A DNA stretch of 64,000 nt from Octopus sinensis (GCF_006345805.1 NC_043003.1:33480001-33544000), one strand, 5' to 3'. Shown: positions 1 to 13,992, counted from the first letter of the stretch. A program made the numbers and translations. Notes: a model not told the origin generated them from the letters alone.

Positions 1-729
1 TTTGTGTGTTTGTTTGTCTTTGTGTGTGCATACACAGATTATGTTAAAGACATGATTATATTCGGTATTCGGAGACTTAACTCAGTTCTACAGGGTTTTC
101 AGATTTCTTTGCTCTTCCTTTATGGTTTATTTGAAGTAATAGCGTTCCGAAATCTATTATCGCTTCATCATGTCTGTCACATCCTTTGGCTAGCATTATT
201 TTGATGTAGTCGAGTTATTACTGCGCTTTGTTGTAGACCGCAAAATATCATGGAAATACTATTGTAATTCCCGAAAATCAGCAACATTTGATTTCACTTT
301 TAAAGAAAAAACTCAGTAAAAAATAGTGGTAATAGCTACAATGGAGTCTTTACTAAAAGTAAAATACTAACGAAAATTCAATATAGACATAACACTCAGG
401 AAATAACCTTTAAAATATATCAAGTGTTAACTGTTAGCTGAATAATTTAAATGAAATAATTTCTTGCGCTGAGGCTTATATCAGTTATGATAGAACTCCC
501 ATGAAAGCTTGCGATCCATTAAATATATCGCGAACATATCATACGACTGTTGTGATTATATATAGAAATAAACATACATATACCATACATCTGACCATAA
601 TGGAGCATGACTCTCACTCTTGTAAAACTGTAAAGTTGTAAAAATTGCAAATAATAAAACAGGAAAATCAAACTAATTTGGAATTTCATTGATTAATATA
701 TTCTTCAGTACACAATCATACAAACTCGG

Positions 730-764
<35 letters not shown>

Positions 765-882
765 AAATTAAAATACTGAGGGTAGAAATTGATATCAATC
801 AATTAACATCAATTTAAACCAATGGTCTAGCATATTAAAAAAATCCGAAGATTTAAAAATTATATTACAGTTGATAAGAGTA

Positions 883-954
883 ATGACCACTAAAGTGGAA
901 TCCTATACACTAGACATCTATTTCTAGTTTATAGGAATCCACTTTAGTGGTCAT
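883..954. repeat. Near-perfect 72-bp hairpin (32-bp arms, 2 mismatches, 8-nt loop)
   Basis: ATGACCACTAAAGTGGAATCCTATACACTAGA ... TCTAGTTTATAGGAATCCACTTTAGTGGTCAT read directly; lies next to the PLE fragment. Confidence 0.9.
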
Positions 955-973
955 ATGCATATATATATACTTT

Positions 974-1598
974 TCAATCCTCATCCAAGAACTCACACCA
1001 TGAATCACAACAGGGCACTACACAAACACAGGGATACAAGATAGCACCAGACATAACCAATAGTTATAAAAGTCATCAAAGAAGTTGATAAAGAAAGTGC
1101 AGTAGTCTTAATGGACACGGTATACTATATAACTCTAGTGTTATCCATATTAGAAGACACAACATACTATGAAAAGAGCCAACGCTACAGTCAGCAGAAA
1201 ATAATGAGAAGCCCAAAAACTCTGATAAACCTATACCGAGAAGGCCTCACCGACAATGTTTACGAACATATGACTAATTTTGATGGGTTGTAGCTACTTC
1301 TATTTCTGGCTAACGATTAGTCCTCGTTGTATTTGTCGTATAGTTCCTCAGCGAGTCGTAATTTTCTAAAGAATTCCGCAACATCTTTCATTTCGTTGTA
1401 GTTGGACGTTGGGCGGAAGGAGTAAATTTGAGCCCTTTCGAGAGTATGTTGATTTTGTCTGGTGTTAGATCTTTGACAGTTATATTGATGACTTTTATAA
1501 CTTTTGGTTTCTCCTCTATGTCTGGTGCTATCCCGTATCCCCGTGTTTGTGTAGTGCCCTGTTGTGATTCATGGTGTGGGTTCTTGGATGAAGATTGA
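974..1598. mobile_element. Penelope-like element RT N-terminal fragment, rearranged with ~110-bp inverted arms
   Basis: Arms 974-1080 and 1485-1598 are reverse complements. The + strand reads VIKEVDKESAVVLMDTVYYITLVLSILEDTTYYEK (PLE ADKG.AVV.MD..DY motif). The - strand reads VINITVKDLTPDKINILSKGLKFTPS...EFFRKLRLAEE (PLE N-terminal motif). Confidence 0.8.
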
Positions 1599-1601
1599 GT
1601 A

Positions 1602-1644
<43 letters not shown>

Positions 1645-1685
1645 TATATATGTGTGTATATATATATACATATATATATGTATAT

Positions 1686-1717
<32 letters not shown>

Positions 1718-1726
1718 GTATATAAG

Positions 1727-1763
<37 letters not shown>

Positions 1764-1949
1764 ATATATATCTATATCTATATCTATCTGTCTATCCTAT
1801 CAATTTTTACGGTATTCCTAAGATGCGAAAAGTGAAAAAATAAGTAACGCATGCTGAGGAGCCACAGACATAATAGTCAAGGTAACTCCACCTAATGACC
1901 TCAAATTAATTCATATTATATATCCCGATTTTCTTTGAATCGCTAACAT

Positions 1950-2110
1950 GCCGGGGACAAAATGCTTAGTTCAAATTCCACCGAGGTCGACTTTGCCTTT
2001 CATCTTTTCGAGGTTGATAAAATAACTGAATTATGCACTGGGGTCGATATCATCTGCTAAAACCCTTCCACATAAATTGCAGGCCTTGTGCCAAAAATAT
2101 TTGAGATCAT
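1950..2110 (+). mobile_element. tRNA-derived SINE family A, partial
   Basis: GTTCAAATTCCACCGAGGTCGACTTTGCCTTTCATC core shared with many copies in the window. Confidence 0.8.
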
Positions 2111-2349
2111 CATTAAAGATGTTTCTGATTTAATAATAATTATTTATTTAGTAAGAAAGCCAGCAAAATGTGATCTTAGTAGTAGAATGGTGCCTTCCTT
2201 CACCTGTGCTTGAAGGAGAAAATTAATGTTGGCCTCAGTTGGAATTTTACTCAGAATGTAAAAGGCGGAAAGAAAATCCCATAAAGCATTTTTCCGCCGA
2301 TCTATTTACTGTCATTTCGCAAATGATTGGTAAAATGTTGGAACGTGAG

Positions 2350-2670
2350 TGAATATGTGAAGGTGCATGTGTCAGTGTTTTTTAGAGCGACGGGTTCAAA
2401 AACATGAGGTAGTGATTTCGATTCCCGGACCGAGATGTGTGTTGTGTTCTTGAGCAAGTCACTTTCTTTCACGTTGCTCCAGTTCACTCACCTGTAGAAA
2501 TAAATTGCCACGTCACTAGTGCCAAGCTGTATTAGCCTTTGCTTTTCCCTTGGATAATATCAGTGGCATGTAGAGGGGAGGCTGATATGCTTCGGCGACT
2601 GCTGGTCTTCCATAAATATCCTTGCCTTGATTTGTGCCTTGGAGGGGAAGTTTACCCTTTCACCCTGTAA
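2350..2670 (+). mobile_element. tRNA-derived SINE family C (GTGTTCTTGAGCAAG-type central domain)
   Basis: B-box-like TTCGATTCCC followed by GTGTTCTTGAGCAAGTCACTTT; related reverse copy at 7870-7995. Confidence 0.65.
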
Positions 2671-3096
2671 TACAAAAAAACGGGGGTATACAGCGATGTA
2701 AGGAATAGGAAATGAAACGTGTAAGAGTAGAGAAATATACAAGTATATGAATGGAAAATTTGACAAAAGTGATCGAAAGATATATTTGTTTCTAATTTCG
2801 GCAAAAGTCCAGTTATTTTAAGGAAGGCTTGTTTATCAGTTAAAGTACTTGAGTGCTATTTTATTTAATGACATTAGAAGTTGAAAGGCAAAGATTATCA
2901 AAAGTGCGATTTTTTCTTTATCTAGGAGGAAAGAATTCTGGACAAATACTGCAGGTAGTGCTGGAGCAATAATAAGGATTTCTTGTATAGTTATAAGGGC
3001 GGAAATCTGGGGGGGGGGTGAACAGCTCATTATAACTACATTAGTTGTCGATAGACTCTTCATTGTAGCAAGTCTGTTAAATGTTTATTATTGTTG

Positions 3097-3150
<54 letters not shown>

Positions 3151-3622
3151 TTATTATTAATATTATTATTATTATTATTATAATAATTATTATTATTATT
3201 ATTATTGAGTGAGAGAGCAGCGCATGCCACCAAAGTAACACTGGGGTGCAAATATACGAAGTCTATCATGACTACCCGTCTGATAAGGGTACACCAGGTA
3301 CATGCATCACAATCATGTGTGCACGACATGGTGATGTTATTTCAAGGATAAACAGTGCATGACCTTGCTGATGGGTCCCTGTTACAATTTACTTCTGGGA
3401 CAGTGGCCCATCCCGCTCAAAATGTCTCTGATTAAAGGTTGATTAAGAATTTTTTGAATGAAACAGCTATGTTTCCAGAAGTGAATTATTCAACCCCAAA
3501 GAATTTCTCTCAAACATGGCTATGATTCTCCCCCTACTACTCCTATTTGTGATCAGCGATGCACATATTGTCAGCCACTAAGGGGTATTGCCGACTAGTT
3601 AAGGTCAAACAACTGACAAGTA

Positions 3623-3837
3623 TATTCTGTTGTGTCTAGGGAGAGTCATTTTCGTTTTGTGCCTTATAATTTAACACTCTCACCGATAAAATGTGAGTCA
3701 CGACTATTGAAAAGGTTGCAAGATGCAACGAAAATTTTAGGGAAATAAAAATAAGAAATCATTGGAAATTTTACCGGTGAGTGTATTATATTATATGGCA
3801 CAAAAACAAAATGACTATCCCCAGACACAACAGAATA
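3623..3837. mobile_element. Fold-back MITE with ~70-bp TIRs nested in family D
   Basis: TATTCTGTTGTGTCTAGGGAGAGTCATTTT ... AAAATGACTATCCCCAGACACAACAGAATA. Confidence 0.8.
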
Positions 3838-3950
3838 TGCTTCAACACACGAACTCATATAAAGTGTCTTGCAAACCAAATCCTAAAACGAAACTGACAA
3901 GTAAATCTGTGGTATTGAGAAGAATATTTGTTGTAGCTCAACTTTTATAC

Positions 3951-4182
3951 CTATTTCTTTATTACCAACAAGGGGCTAAACACAGAGGGGACAAACAAGG
4001 ACAGACATAGGTATTAAGTCGATTACATCGACCCCAGTGCGTAACTGGTACTTAATTTATCGACCCCGAAAGGATGAAAGGCAAAGTCGACCTCGGCGGA
4101 ATTTGAACTCACAACGTAACGCAGACGAAATACCGCTAAGCATTTCGCCCGGCGTGCTAACGATTCTGCCAGCTCGCCGCCT
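3951..4182 (-). mobile_element. SINE family A, near full length, with probable target-site duplication
   Basis: Head GGCGGCGAGCTGGCAGAATCGTTAGC (A box) and GAGTTCAAATTCC (B box) on the - strand; CAACTTTTATACC duplicated on both sides. Confidence 0.9.
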
Positions 4183-4800
4183 CTGCCAACTCTGGCAGCT
4201 CGCAGCACAACTTTTATACCAAGACAAGACATGTACAGGAGAACACTGCTAATCTGTTAAGATCAGAAGCCATGTGATCCACTGCCTGGTATTGCATCAG
4301 GGCGTCATCACCATCATCATCATCATTGGGTGAGAGAGCAATACATGCTATCAAAGTGATAATGGTGTACAAATATACGAAACCCGATATAGCCATCAGG
4401 ACTACCCAACAGGTCAGAGTGCACCAAGCCGAAACATCACAACCATATGTGTGTGACATGGTGGTGGTCCCATATCAAGATAAAGAGCGCAGCGTATGAT
4501 CTTGTATGTGGAATAAAATATATGTTCGTTTCGGAACGAAGTATAGCAAACGCAAACCCATCCGGATTTGATCGCAGAAATGTAAAGTACCATAACTAAA
4601 TGCTACACAACATATTGTCCAATACTCTTATGATTCTGCTATTCCAGTTATATATTCTGATATTAGTGATCGACAAAATGCCAATTAACCAATAACGTAG
4701 GTCCCAGATGTTGGCCTATATACCTCATATATGACAAACAGAAACGCATGCAGACATGTACAGGCATACACACGCACACATATATGCACACTTTCATAGT

Positions 4801-4840
<40 letters not shown>

Positions 4841-4992
4841 CATACATATATACACAAACATACATATATAAGTATATATATATACGAATACATATACAAA
4901 CACGTACATATACACGAGTGTACACAAACTTACCTAGACAGGCAAACAGCTACATAGCTTGAAAGATATAGAGATAGACAGGTAGATAGATT

Positions 4993-5062
<70 letters not shown>

Positions 5063-5083
5063 TAGATAGATATATAGATAGAT

Positions 5084-5147
<64 letters not shown>

Positions 5148-6149
5148 TAAGAGACAGAAAGACACAGATGAATGTTTCCAGGGTTAGATAGATACACAGA
5201 TATCTATGTTTATCGATAAAGAGATTGAGAGGGGGAGAGGGAGAGAGAGAGAAAGATAGTGAGAAAAAGAGAGAGAAAGAGAGACGGAGAGAGTTCTGTG
5301 CAAACAGTCTTAGTGAGAGATGTGCAGTCACGCAATACACATGCTAACACAAATAATGCGCACACATACACACGCACGCACACAAACACACACACACTCG
5401 TCTGTTTGTATATAAATTTACATACATGCGTGAGTGTATATTTATATATGTATAAATGAATATAAAGAGAGAGCAAGAAAGAAAGACAGAAAGAAAGAAA
5501 GAAAGAAAGGGAGAAAGAAGTTATAGAAACAAAGGATTGTTTTCAGTTGTTTTTTTGTAAAAAAGGTGAAAAATAAATAGAAAAACAGACGAAATGTTTG
5601 TGAAATGTGTATGGATGGTGGTGATAGAGAACGGAAGACTGATGACGTAGATGGAGGATGGTGTCGAGGCAGAGGCGATAATTTTGAAGCAAAACCATTT
5701 CCCTGGAAACCATTATTACAGACATTTCTGACAAAGACTAATTGAACTATCGAAATATCGTTGGAGGGAGATACTCAGTATTTCTTTTTTTTTTTTTTTT
5801 TTTTACTTTTTATTTGTTTGTTGGTATTGTCAACAGTTAGTGGTTGGATCGTTGCTAGAGCAAAGCTGAAGAGAATGGAACAGAGCATGGAACGACACAA
5901 AGAAATAGATAGGAAAGCAGTGACAGTGAAGTAGAGTGAGAGAGAGGGGTGGGGTGACAGAGGGGAGAGAAAGAGAAAGATACAGAGAGAAAGAGAGAGA
6001 GAAAAAAGAGCGAGAGAGGCAGACAGAAAGGTGGAACAAGAGGTTTGGAAGGAAATAGTCAGAACACAAAGACAAAAACGGTACAGAATTGACAAACACC
6101 ACGGCGACGGCGGTAGCGTCAATGACAGTTATTATTATTAGTTTTTGAT

Positions 6150-6762
<613 letters not shown>

Positions 6763-6767
6763 AAGGC

Positions 6768-6985
6768 TGATTAACTGGCAGAATCGTTAGTACACCGGTT
6801 CAAATGCTTGGCGTTATGTTGTCCATCTTTACGTTCTAGGTTCAAATTCCACTCAGGTCGACCTTGCCTTCCATCAATTCGGGGTCAATAAATTAAGTAC
6901 CTGTTAAACACTGGGGTCGATATAGTCCTCTTGTCCCATCCCCTCAAATGCCAGGCATTGTGCCTTTAGTAGAAAGGATTATTGT
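6768..6985 (+). mobile_element. SINE family A
   Basis: CTGGCAGAATCGTTAG ... GTTCAAATTCCACTCAGGTCGACCTTGCC ... GGCATTGTGCC. Confidence 0.85.
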
Positions 6986-7336
6986 TATTGTTGTTGGCGT
7001 TGTTTTTGTTGTTGTTGTTATTATTATCATTATTATTATTATTATTATCATTATTATTATTATCATCATCATCATCTTCATCATCATCATTATTATTACT
7101 CAGTGGTCATATTTTCACGGCACAACCGAGCACAACACTATGTGCCTTAAGTGTGTGGCGTAGTTTATTGTAGTGCCCTTATTTTCACTGTATCCAAAGG
7201 ACTGCACGTAGAATGTGAACGAAGCGTAGTAGTGCTATTTCCTATGTTGTATACATTCGTAAATCCTGATGTTTTCGTTATGTATTCGTCTGAATGTTTT
7301 GTTTTAATGTTTTATTATAATCATTGATAAACGAAA

Positions 7337-7392
<56 letters not shown>

Positions 7393-7400
7393 TAGTTTTA

Positions 7401-7452
<52 letters not shown>

Positions 7453-7499
7453 CATCATTATTATTATTATTATCATTATTGTTATCATTATTATTATTA

Positions 7500-7533
<34 letters not shown>

Positions 7534-8259
7534 TTCGTTATCATCTTTCAATTCTGTTTCCATTTCTTGCTGGGCAGAGAATGAACACATCGAATTGTCC
7601 ATTTACAAAGTCATGTGATAGAGTAAAGGGGGAAGAATGACAGAGAGAAAACATAAAAATAAAAAAATAAAAAACAAGTAAGCAAAGAAAATAAACTGGA
7701 AGAAAGTCGAGAAAATTCACAGCGACAATACTCTTGCCAATACGTATGACATACCAGTTAAGACAATCTTTTGCACTTCCTGTATGGATGGTAAACCAGG
7801 GATCATTCTTAAATAATCTTCAGTTCCTGTTTTGATCCTCTTTTGATCATTCCAAGTGGTCCTACAATCACTGTTATTGTAACCATCTTGAGAAATAAAG
7901 TGTCTTGCTCAAGGACACAACGCGTCGCGAAGAATAGAACTCAGGACCTTATGATCACGAGCCGAATGCCCCAACCACTAAGCCACATGCCTTCACACAC
8001 ACACATACACGTATATGGTATACGTTTATATATATATTTCTCCCAGCGTTCGCTATTTTCGTTTCGTTCTTTTCTAACGACCCTCTATGTTTCTTTTCGT
8101 TCGGTTTCCTTGAATGTCTCCACTGTCCTGATTTTGTTCCAAACTTTGACCCTCCGTAAATCATAAATTTTATTTTGGAAGTTGTGAGAGTAACTGTCTT
8201 CCAAGACTCATGTTGTCGTTCAGTGCTCGAAATGAGGAGTAGATAGACAGCTGACAACA

Positions 8260-9490
8260 TATGATGGGTCGTTCTTTGTGTTACTAGTCCTGTTTTCCAT
8301 TTTTTCTCTCGTTGTTTGCATATTTAACTCGTTTTATTTTCGTAGTTCATGTTTACACAGTTGCTGTTTCTTTTCACATGTCATCAGAAAAAGGTATTTA
8401 AAATTCATTAAAATGACAGATCTATCGGACTTTCAAAGAGGTCAAATTGTTGGTTGCTCGTATGGCAGTTGCCAGCGTAACGAAAACAGCTGAAACGTTT
8501 GGTGTATCAAGAAGTACTGTCTCGAAAGTAATGACAGCTTTTGACAAAGAAGGAAAAACCTCTTCGTCGAAACAAAACTCCGGAAGAAAACTAAAACTTT
8601 CAGAAGGACTTTTACGCGAATTGTTAGAAAGGACCACAAAAGTACAGCTTCTAAAATTACAGGAGAGCTTAATGACCACGTCGAGAACCCAGTTTCCATA
8701 AAAAATGTTTGTCGGGAGTTGCACAAAGCCAGATTTCACGGGAGGGCTGCAATAAGAAAACCACTACTTTTAAAAACAAACGTAGCAAAGCGTTTAGAGT
8801 GGAGTAAAAAAAAACGTACAGAATTAGTCCCTAGAGTAGCGGAAGAATGTTATTTTTCTCGGACGAGTCATCCTTTACCTTCTTTCCGACCACCGGCCAA
8901 GTATAGGTGTGGAGACAGCCAAAAGAAGCATTCGACCCAAACTACCTTCTTCCAACTGTTAAACCTGGAGGAGGATCTGTGATAGTTGGGGGGGGGGGCT
9001 ATATTTTGGAAATCTGCCTGCCCAATTGTTTCTATTCATGGCAAAATTAATAGTCATGGCTAATTTTCTCTGACTAAATTTATCATATAGGTTCGGAACT
9101 GTTTCTGGAGGGAAACGCAAACTTTCAGGATGATAATGCACCAAATCACACAGCTGAAGTTGTTACTGAGTGGCATGAGGAACATTCTAGTGAAACTAAA
9201 AATCTTGTCTGGCCACCACAATTCCCAGATCTCAGTATTATTGAACATTTATGGTACATATTAAAAAACTAAGTAAGGAGTTGATATCCTCTACCATCAT
9301 CACTACAAGAACTGGAGACTGTTTTAGCTGAAGAATGGATGAAAATTCCTCTTTGAAAACAATCCAAACTTTGTACGAGTCCATACCTCGTAGAATTCAA
9401 GCTGTAATTACTGTCAAAGGCGGCCCTACCTTTTATTAGAATAAATATGTTCAAAATTTTAAGGTTTAAGTATTTTGTCCAACCCCTGTA
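8260..9490 (+). mobile_element. Tc1-family DNA transposon with frameshifted transposase; right TIR present, left TIR not found
   Basis: ATG at 8413 starts MTDLSDFQRGQIVG; later GRAAIRKPLL, QDDNAPNH and WPPQFPDL; stop near 9439; ends ATTTTGTCCAACCCCTG+TA. Confidence 0.92.
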
Positions 9491-9514
9491 CACACACCAC
9501 ACACATACATCTAC

Positions 9515-9592
<78 letters not shown>

Positions 9593-9594
9593 AG

Positions 9595-9629
<35 letters not shown>

Positions 9630-9638
9630 CAGATAGAC

Positions 9639-9701
<63 letters not shown>

Positions 9702-10702
9702 GAGATAGATTGACAGACAAAGCAGGTGAGAGCGAGAAAGTAATGTATAATTTAACTGTAGATCGTTTGAACCTTGGGCAGATCGATGCTAGCCTGACTG
9801 AGAAGCCTACATAATAGAAGTTCTTCCAGGTATATAGCGATATAGCTAATGTATATTAGCATGTATATGTACGTGCATGTGTATGCATATAAGCGTATTT
9901 GACCACTTACGTGTTTGCCATGTGAATTTGTGTGTCAATTTATATGTGGCTGACAGATGCAAGACTGTTGAACAAAGAATTAGAATAAGGGAACACGGGA
10001 ACAAGGTGAAGCGAGGAAGAGTATTAGAGCGGCGTGAGAGAGAATGTATGGATATATGGGAGGAATAATGTGACATTGAAATCAAGAGACAGTGACAGAG
10101 AGAGAGAGAGGGGGGAGAGAGAGAGGAGAAAGAGAATGAGAGAAAGACAGAAAAAACGAGAGAGAGAGGGAGTGAAAACCGAAAGACAATACCATTGATG
10201 TGTCCATTGAGTCTTATCTGAACTAAGAGAGTGAGATGCAGAGAGTAAGAAAAATAGATTGTATGAAAGAGAGTATGAGAATGAAAGAAAGGAAATGGGA
10301 TAAAGAAGGAGACATGAAAGAGAAATAAGAAAGAAAGGAAGAAAATACAAAGAGTGGGGAATGAAAGTGAGTAGAAACGAAAGACAAAGGAATTTATATA
10401 TCATTGATTTGTCCATTGAGCCTCATCTGGTCATCATCTTAAGTCACCATTCTGCTGATTATGGAAACCAACGCAAAGCTAACTACTCGGGTTTCTAAGC
10501 TGCGATTATGTAGCATGCTATACACGCGCACTTCTAAAGAAGACTTTAATCTAATTCTATCCATTGGGTAACGAAGTGGTTATCCAGTCTCTGGTTTAAG
10601 AGCAGCGCTGTTACCGCTCATTCTTACTAATCATTTGGCAGCCAGCAGCATCACAATACCTTTACAAATGCACATGTTACAGAGGAACATGTGTGTGCGT
10701 GC

Positions 10703-10767
<65 letters not shown>

Positions 10768-11167
10768 AGGAAAGTGAGTGTTTGTATGTGTGTGCGTGTC
10801 TATGTTGTGTAAATGAGAGTTAGTAAATCTGTGTGAGTGGTTGTATATGCACAGATGTATGCTATCGTCGATGTTGTGTATGTGATTGAACGGATGTGTG
10901 TGTGTGTGTGTGTGTGTGTAAAATTAATTCTTGTAGTATCACTAAGTGCGTCCGTCAATGTGGTTCATGTTTGTTTGTATGTATGTGAATACGAGTTATG
11001 TCTGTGTTAGCGTCTACGTTTGTGTATGTGTGTGTGTGTTCGTGTATGTATGTATGCGTATGAGTGTGCATGTGTCTGTGTGTTAGTGTAGGCACACACA
11101 TGTAGGAAACTTGAACCAATGATTGATTGCAAGTTCGTATGTTTCCGTGCGTTAGAAAAGGATAACG

Positions 11168-11233
<66 letters not shown>

Positions 11234-11249
11234 ATCTATCTATCTATCA

Positions 11250-11287
<38 letters not shown>

Positions 11288-11926
11288 ACAAATCCACACA
11301 TGCATACATACATGTATGCATGTATACATACATACATACCTACATACATTCATTCATACATACATACATACATACATAGGCACACACAGCATATTTAAGG
11401 AAACACATGCAAGTGGCCGTGTGCCATGTTCCACGTGCATAAATGTATGTATAATGTGTGTATCATGTAAAGGTATGCGCGTGTAAGAATGTTGTATGAA
11501 AATGTTCATGTACGTACATCTCTCTCCATATATATATATATATATATATATACATAGATATGTGGGTGGGTGTGTTTGAGTGTGTGAGTATCTGTAAGCA
11601 TCTCCTTGTTCACAGAACTGTATGGAATATTTCTAGGGTGAAGCTGGAATAATTGAATGTATTTGCTTCAGTTTTACATCATTTTGCATTATTTTGCATT
11701 AGATTTGCTAGATTTCATGGAACCTGTATTGTTTCCCACTAACTTCTGTCACATTCACTGTCTCTCACAATTATTTCTCTCCTACCACAAATCTTTTCTA
11801 GTTAAATACATTGCTATCGTATAGTTCGTTGCTTTTGTCGGTATTTCCTTCTTACAAAACATCTCACTCTATCTCTGTCTGCTGGTTTGCCTGTATGTCT
11901 GTCTCTGTGTTCCGCCTTGTTTAACA

Positions 11927-11962
<36 letters not shown>

Positions 11963-12426
11963 AGCTGTTTGTGCATTTGTCACTCTCCCTATCACTTTAT
12001 GTTTTTCTCACTCTCCCCCTCTCCATGTCTCCCTCTCCATGTCTCCCTCTCTCTCCCTTTCACTATCTACATACATATATAAAAGTAATCACATAATTAC
12101 ACAAGCATATCATGTACTTAGATTCAAATATACATAGATACACAGACAGTGTAAAACAACGTTATATTGTCCGTTTATTTTCTACAGGCTTGCATATTGA
12201 TGGATATGTATATATATTAAAGTAATTTCTAGTTTATACGTACTTACAGATGACCATCTATCTATTTATTTCTGTGAAAGTCTTTTTTTATATCTTTATC
12301 TATGTGCTTGAGGTATATTGGAGCCCGTAGGAAAGCCATTCACTCTACTTCGTCTATGAGAAAATGTATCGCTGTTGACAAATAGATTTGAATACACCAA
12401 GTCAGTTCACAACGCTCCTTAACCAG

Positions 12427-12490
12427 CCGCTTGGATGCTTGTATTTCGGAGTGGTTATCTCCTCCTCAGAAACAGAAACAAGACAAGCAG
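12427..12490 (-). ncRNA. Solitary hammerhead-like motif with displaced helix I
   Basis: - strand: CUGCUUG-(14 nt)-CUGAGGA GGAG AUAACCA CUCC GAAA UACAAGC AUC CAAGCGG; canonical core and 4-bp helix II. Confidence 0.4.
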
Positions 12491-13195
12491 ATGAGACGGA
12501 CAGGAGAGACTGGTCACTCTTATGATATTACCGTTGCCTTTCAGTGATTAGCTGTGCTATTTAGCGGCTCACGGTAAACAAAATACGATTTGACAGCGTC
12601 AGTTTGTATAATTACAAACTTGTTCCCAGTTCAAATAAGCTTGATGATTATTTGAACTTGTAAGAATTCTATTCACTGTATTTTGTCATAGAAAATATTT
12701 CAGGCAGTAGACAAATAAGTGTAAATATATGTATGTAATTGCTGTCTATGTATCATACTTAACGTATATATTCTGTCGATAGGCCGATTGCTGTAGTAGT
12801 ATTTGATCTGATATAACGTCTCTTAAGGAGTAATAAACACACTAAATGTCAGAGAAAAACGAATATTTGTCCCACATGCGACAACGGAAAGGACAGATGT
12901 ATTTTCTGGGCCTGTCCAATGGCGCAGGTACACAATAGAATTTGTTGACACTGATACAGGAAAAATTTACAAAGTATAAGAGAATGTTATCTTAGGATAT
13001 ATACTGCAGTAACTGGACATTCGACGTGCATCCACTAAATATGATATATAAGTGGTTAATTTGATTAACTACTGCCTCAGTTGCTTATACTGTCGAGCAG
13101 CTATTCTCAAGATCTGTGAATGTTTTATTCTATTTTTCTATATCAAAGAGGATGAATTCTTGCCCGAGCATGTGACTGACAGCGAGTATGTTCCA

Positions 13196-13226
13196 TTGAA
13201 GAGGTCGCAAGAGACCGAAATGTATC
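13196..13226 (+). ncRNA. Degenerate PLE-type minimal hammerhead relic
   Basis: UUGAAGA GGUC GCAAGA GACC GAAA U GU AUC; C3 replaced by U and helix I not found. Confidence 0.25.
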
Positions 13227-13580
13227 AAGTGTTTTCTCTCACCGGTGCTCGAATGAATTAACTCCCCCTCTCCCTCTCTTACTCTTTATTTCTCTTTCAT
13301 TCTCTCTCTCACTTACTCTCCTCTTTCCCTCTCGCTCTGGAATTTATTGTATTTCTAACATAGCAAGTTCATAAGATAAAATCACTGTAGTAAATGTAGT
13401 TGTATTGCCTTCCTGTACATTGGTCCATCCTTTGTAGAAGGGAAAGGTCTTAAATTTGGTTTACGTTAAGTATGATACATAGATGGCATTTCAATTGAAT
13501 TCTGAATCACTTGCATATACTGGATATATGTGTGCGCGTGTGCATGTGCGTGTGTGTATTTGTGTGTGTGTGTGTATTTT

Positions 13581-13992
13581 TAAGTATATAATTATAAGAA
13601 TATAATTATAATTAAAGGCGCTGGAGTGCCAACGCCTATAGGCTAGAAGTAGATGTCAAATGTCTACAAGTATTCTAAATTTGTCTATTTTCTTGCAACA
13701 CAAAGCCGACATGCGAGGCAATGGGCAAGAAGGTGTATATGTATTTTTCGCTTATATATTGCCGGCGTATCTCTACTTAGGAGTGTAAAGTAATTTGTAT
13801 TACAAAACATGAAATCTTAAGATATAGGGTTATCCGAAATCTTGCCATTATTTCGCATTCGGCTTTGTGCTGTAACAAGACAGAGAATAAACTAAAAGTT
13901 GCTTGTAGGCATTTGACATTTACTTCTAGCGTATAGGCGTTGACACTCCAGAGCCCTTAATTATAATTATATTCTTATAACTATATCATTAA
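13581..13992. mobile_element. Fold-back MITE with ~150-bp imperfect TIRs
   Basis: TTATAAGAATATAATTATAATTAAAGGCGCTGGAGTGCCAACGCCTATAGGCTAGAAG mirrored at 13920-13986. Confidence 0.85.

Larger units (their letters stand above)
3205..4312 (-). mobile_element. ~550-bp (AAT)n-tailed non-autonomous retroelement (family D), interrupted by a MITE and a SINE
   Basis: Matches the uninterrupted copies at 42700-43258 and 43355-43897; pieces at 3205-3620, 3890-3950 and 4205-4312. Confidence 0.8.

Noticed and set aside
2926-2954. 29-nt AG…GT microexon candidate
   Set aside because: Too short to distinguish from chance; no partner exons identified
7321-7602. ORF MDNSMCSFSAQQEMETELKDDNEN…
   Set aside because: Only about 24 non-repetitive codons before a microsatellite; no splice or homology support
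9329-9355. CTGAAGA…GAAA inside the Tc1 ORF (similar case at ~62008 in the LINE)
   Set aside because: No supporting helices or NUH pairing; explained by coding sequence
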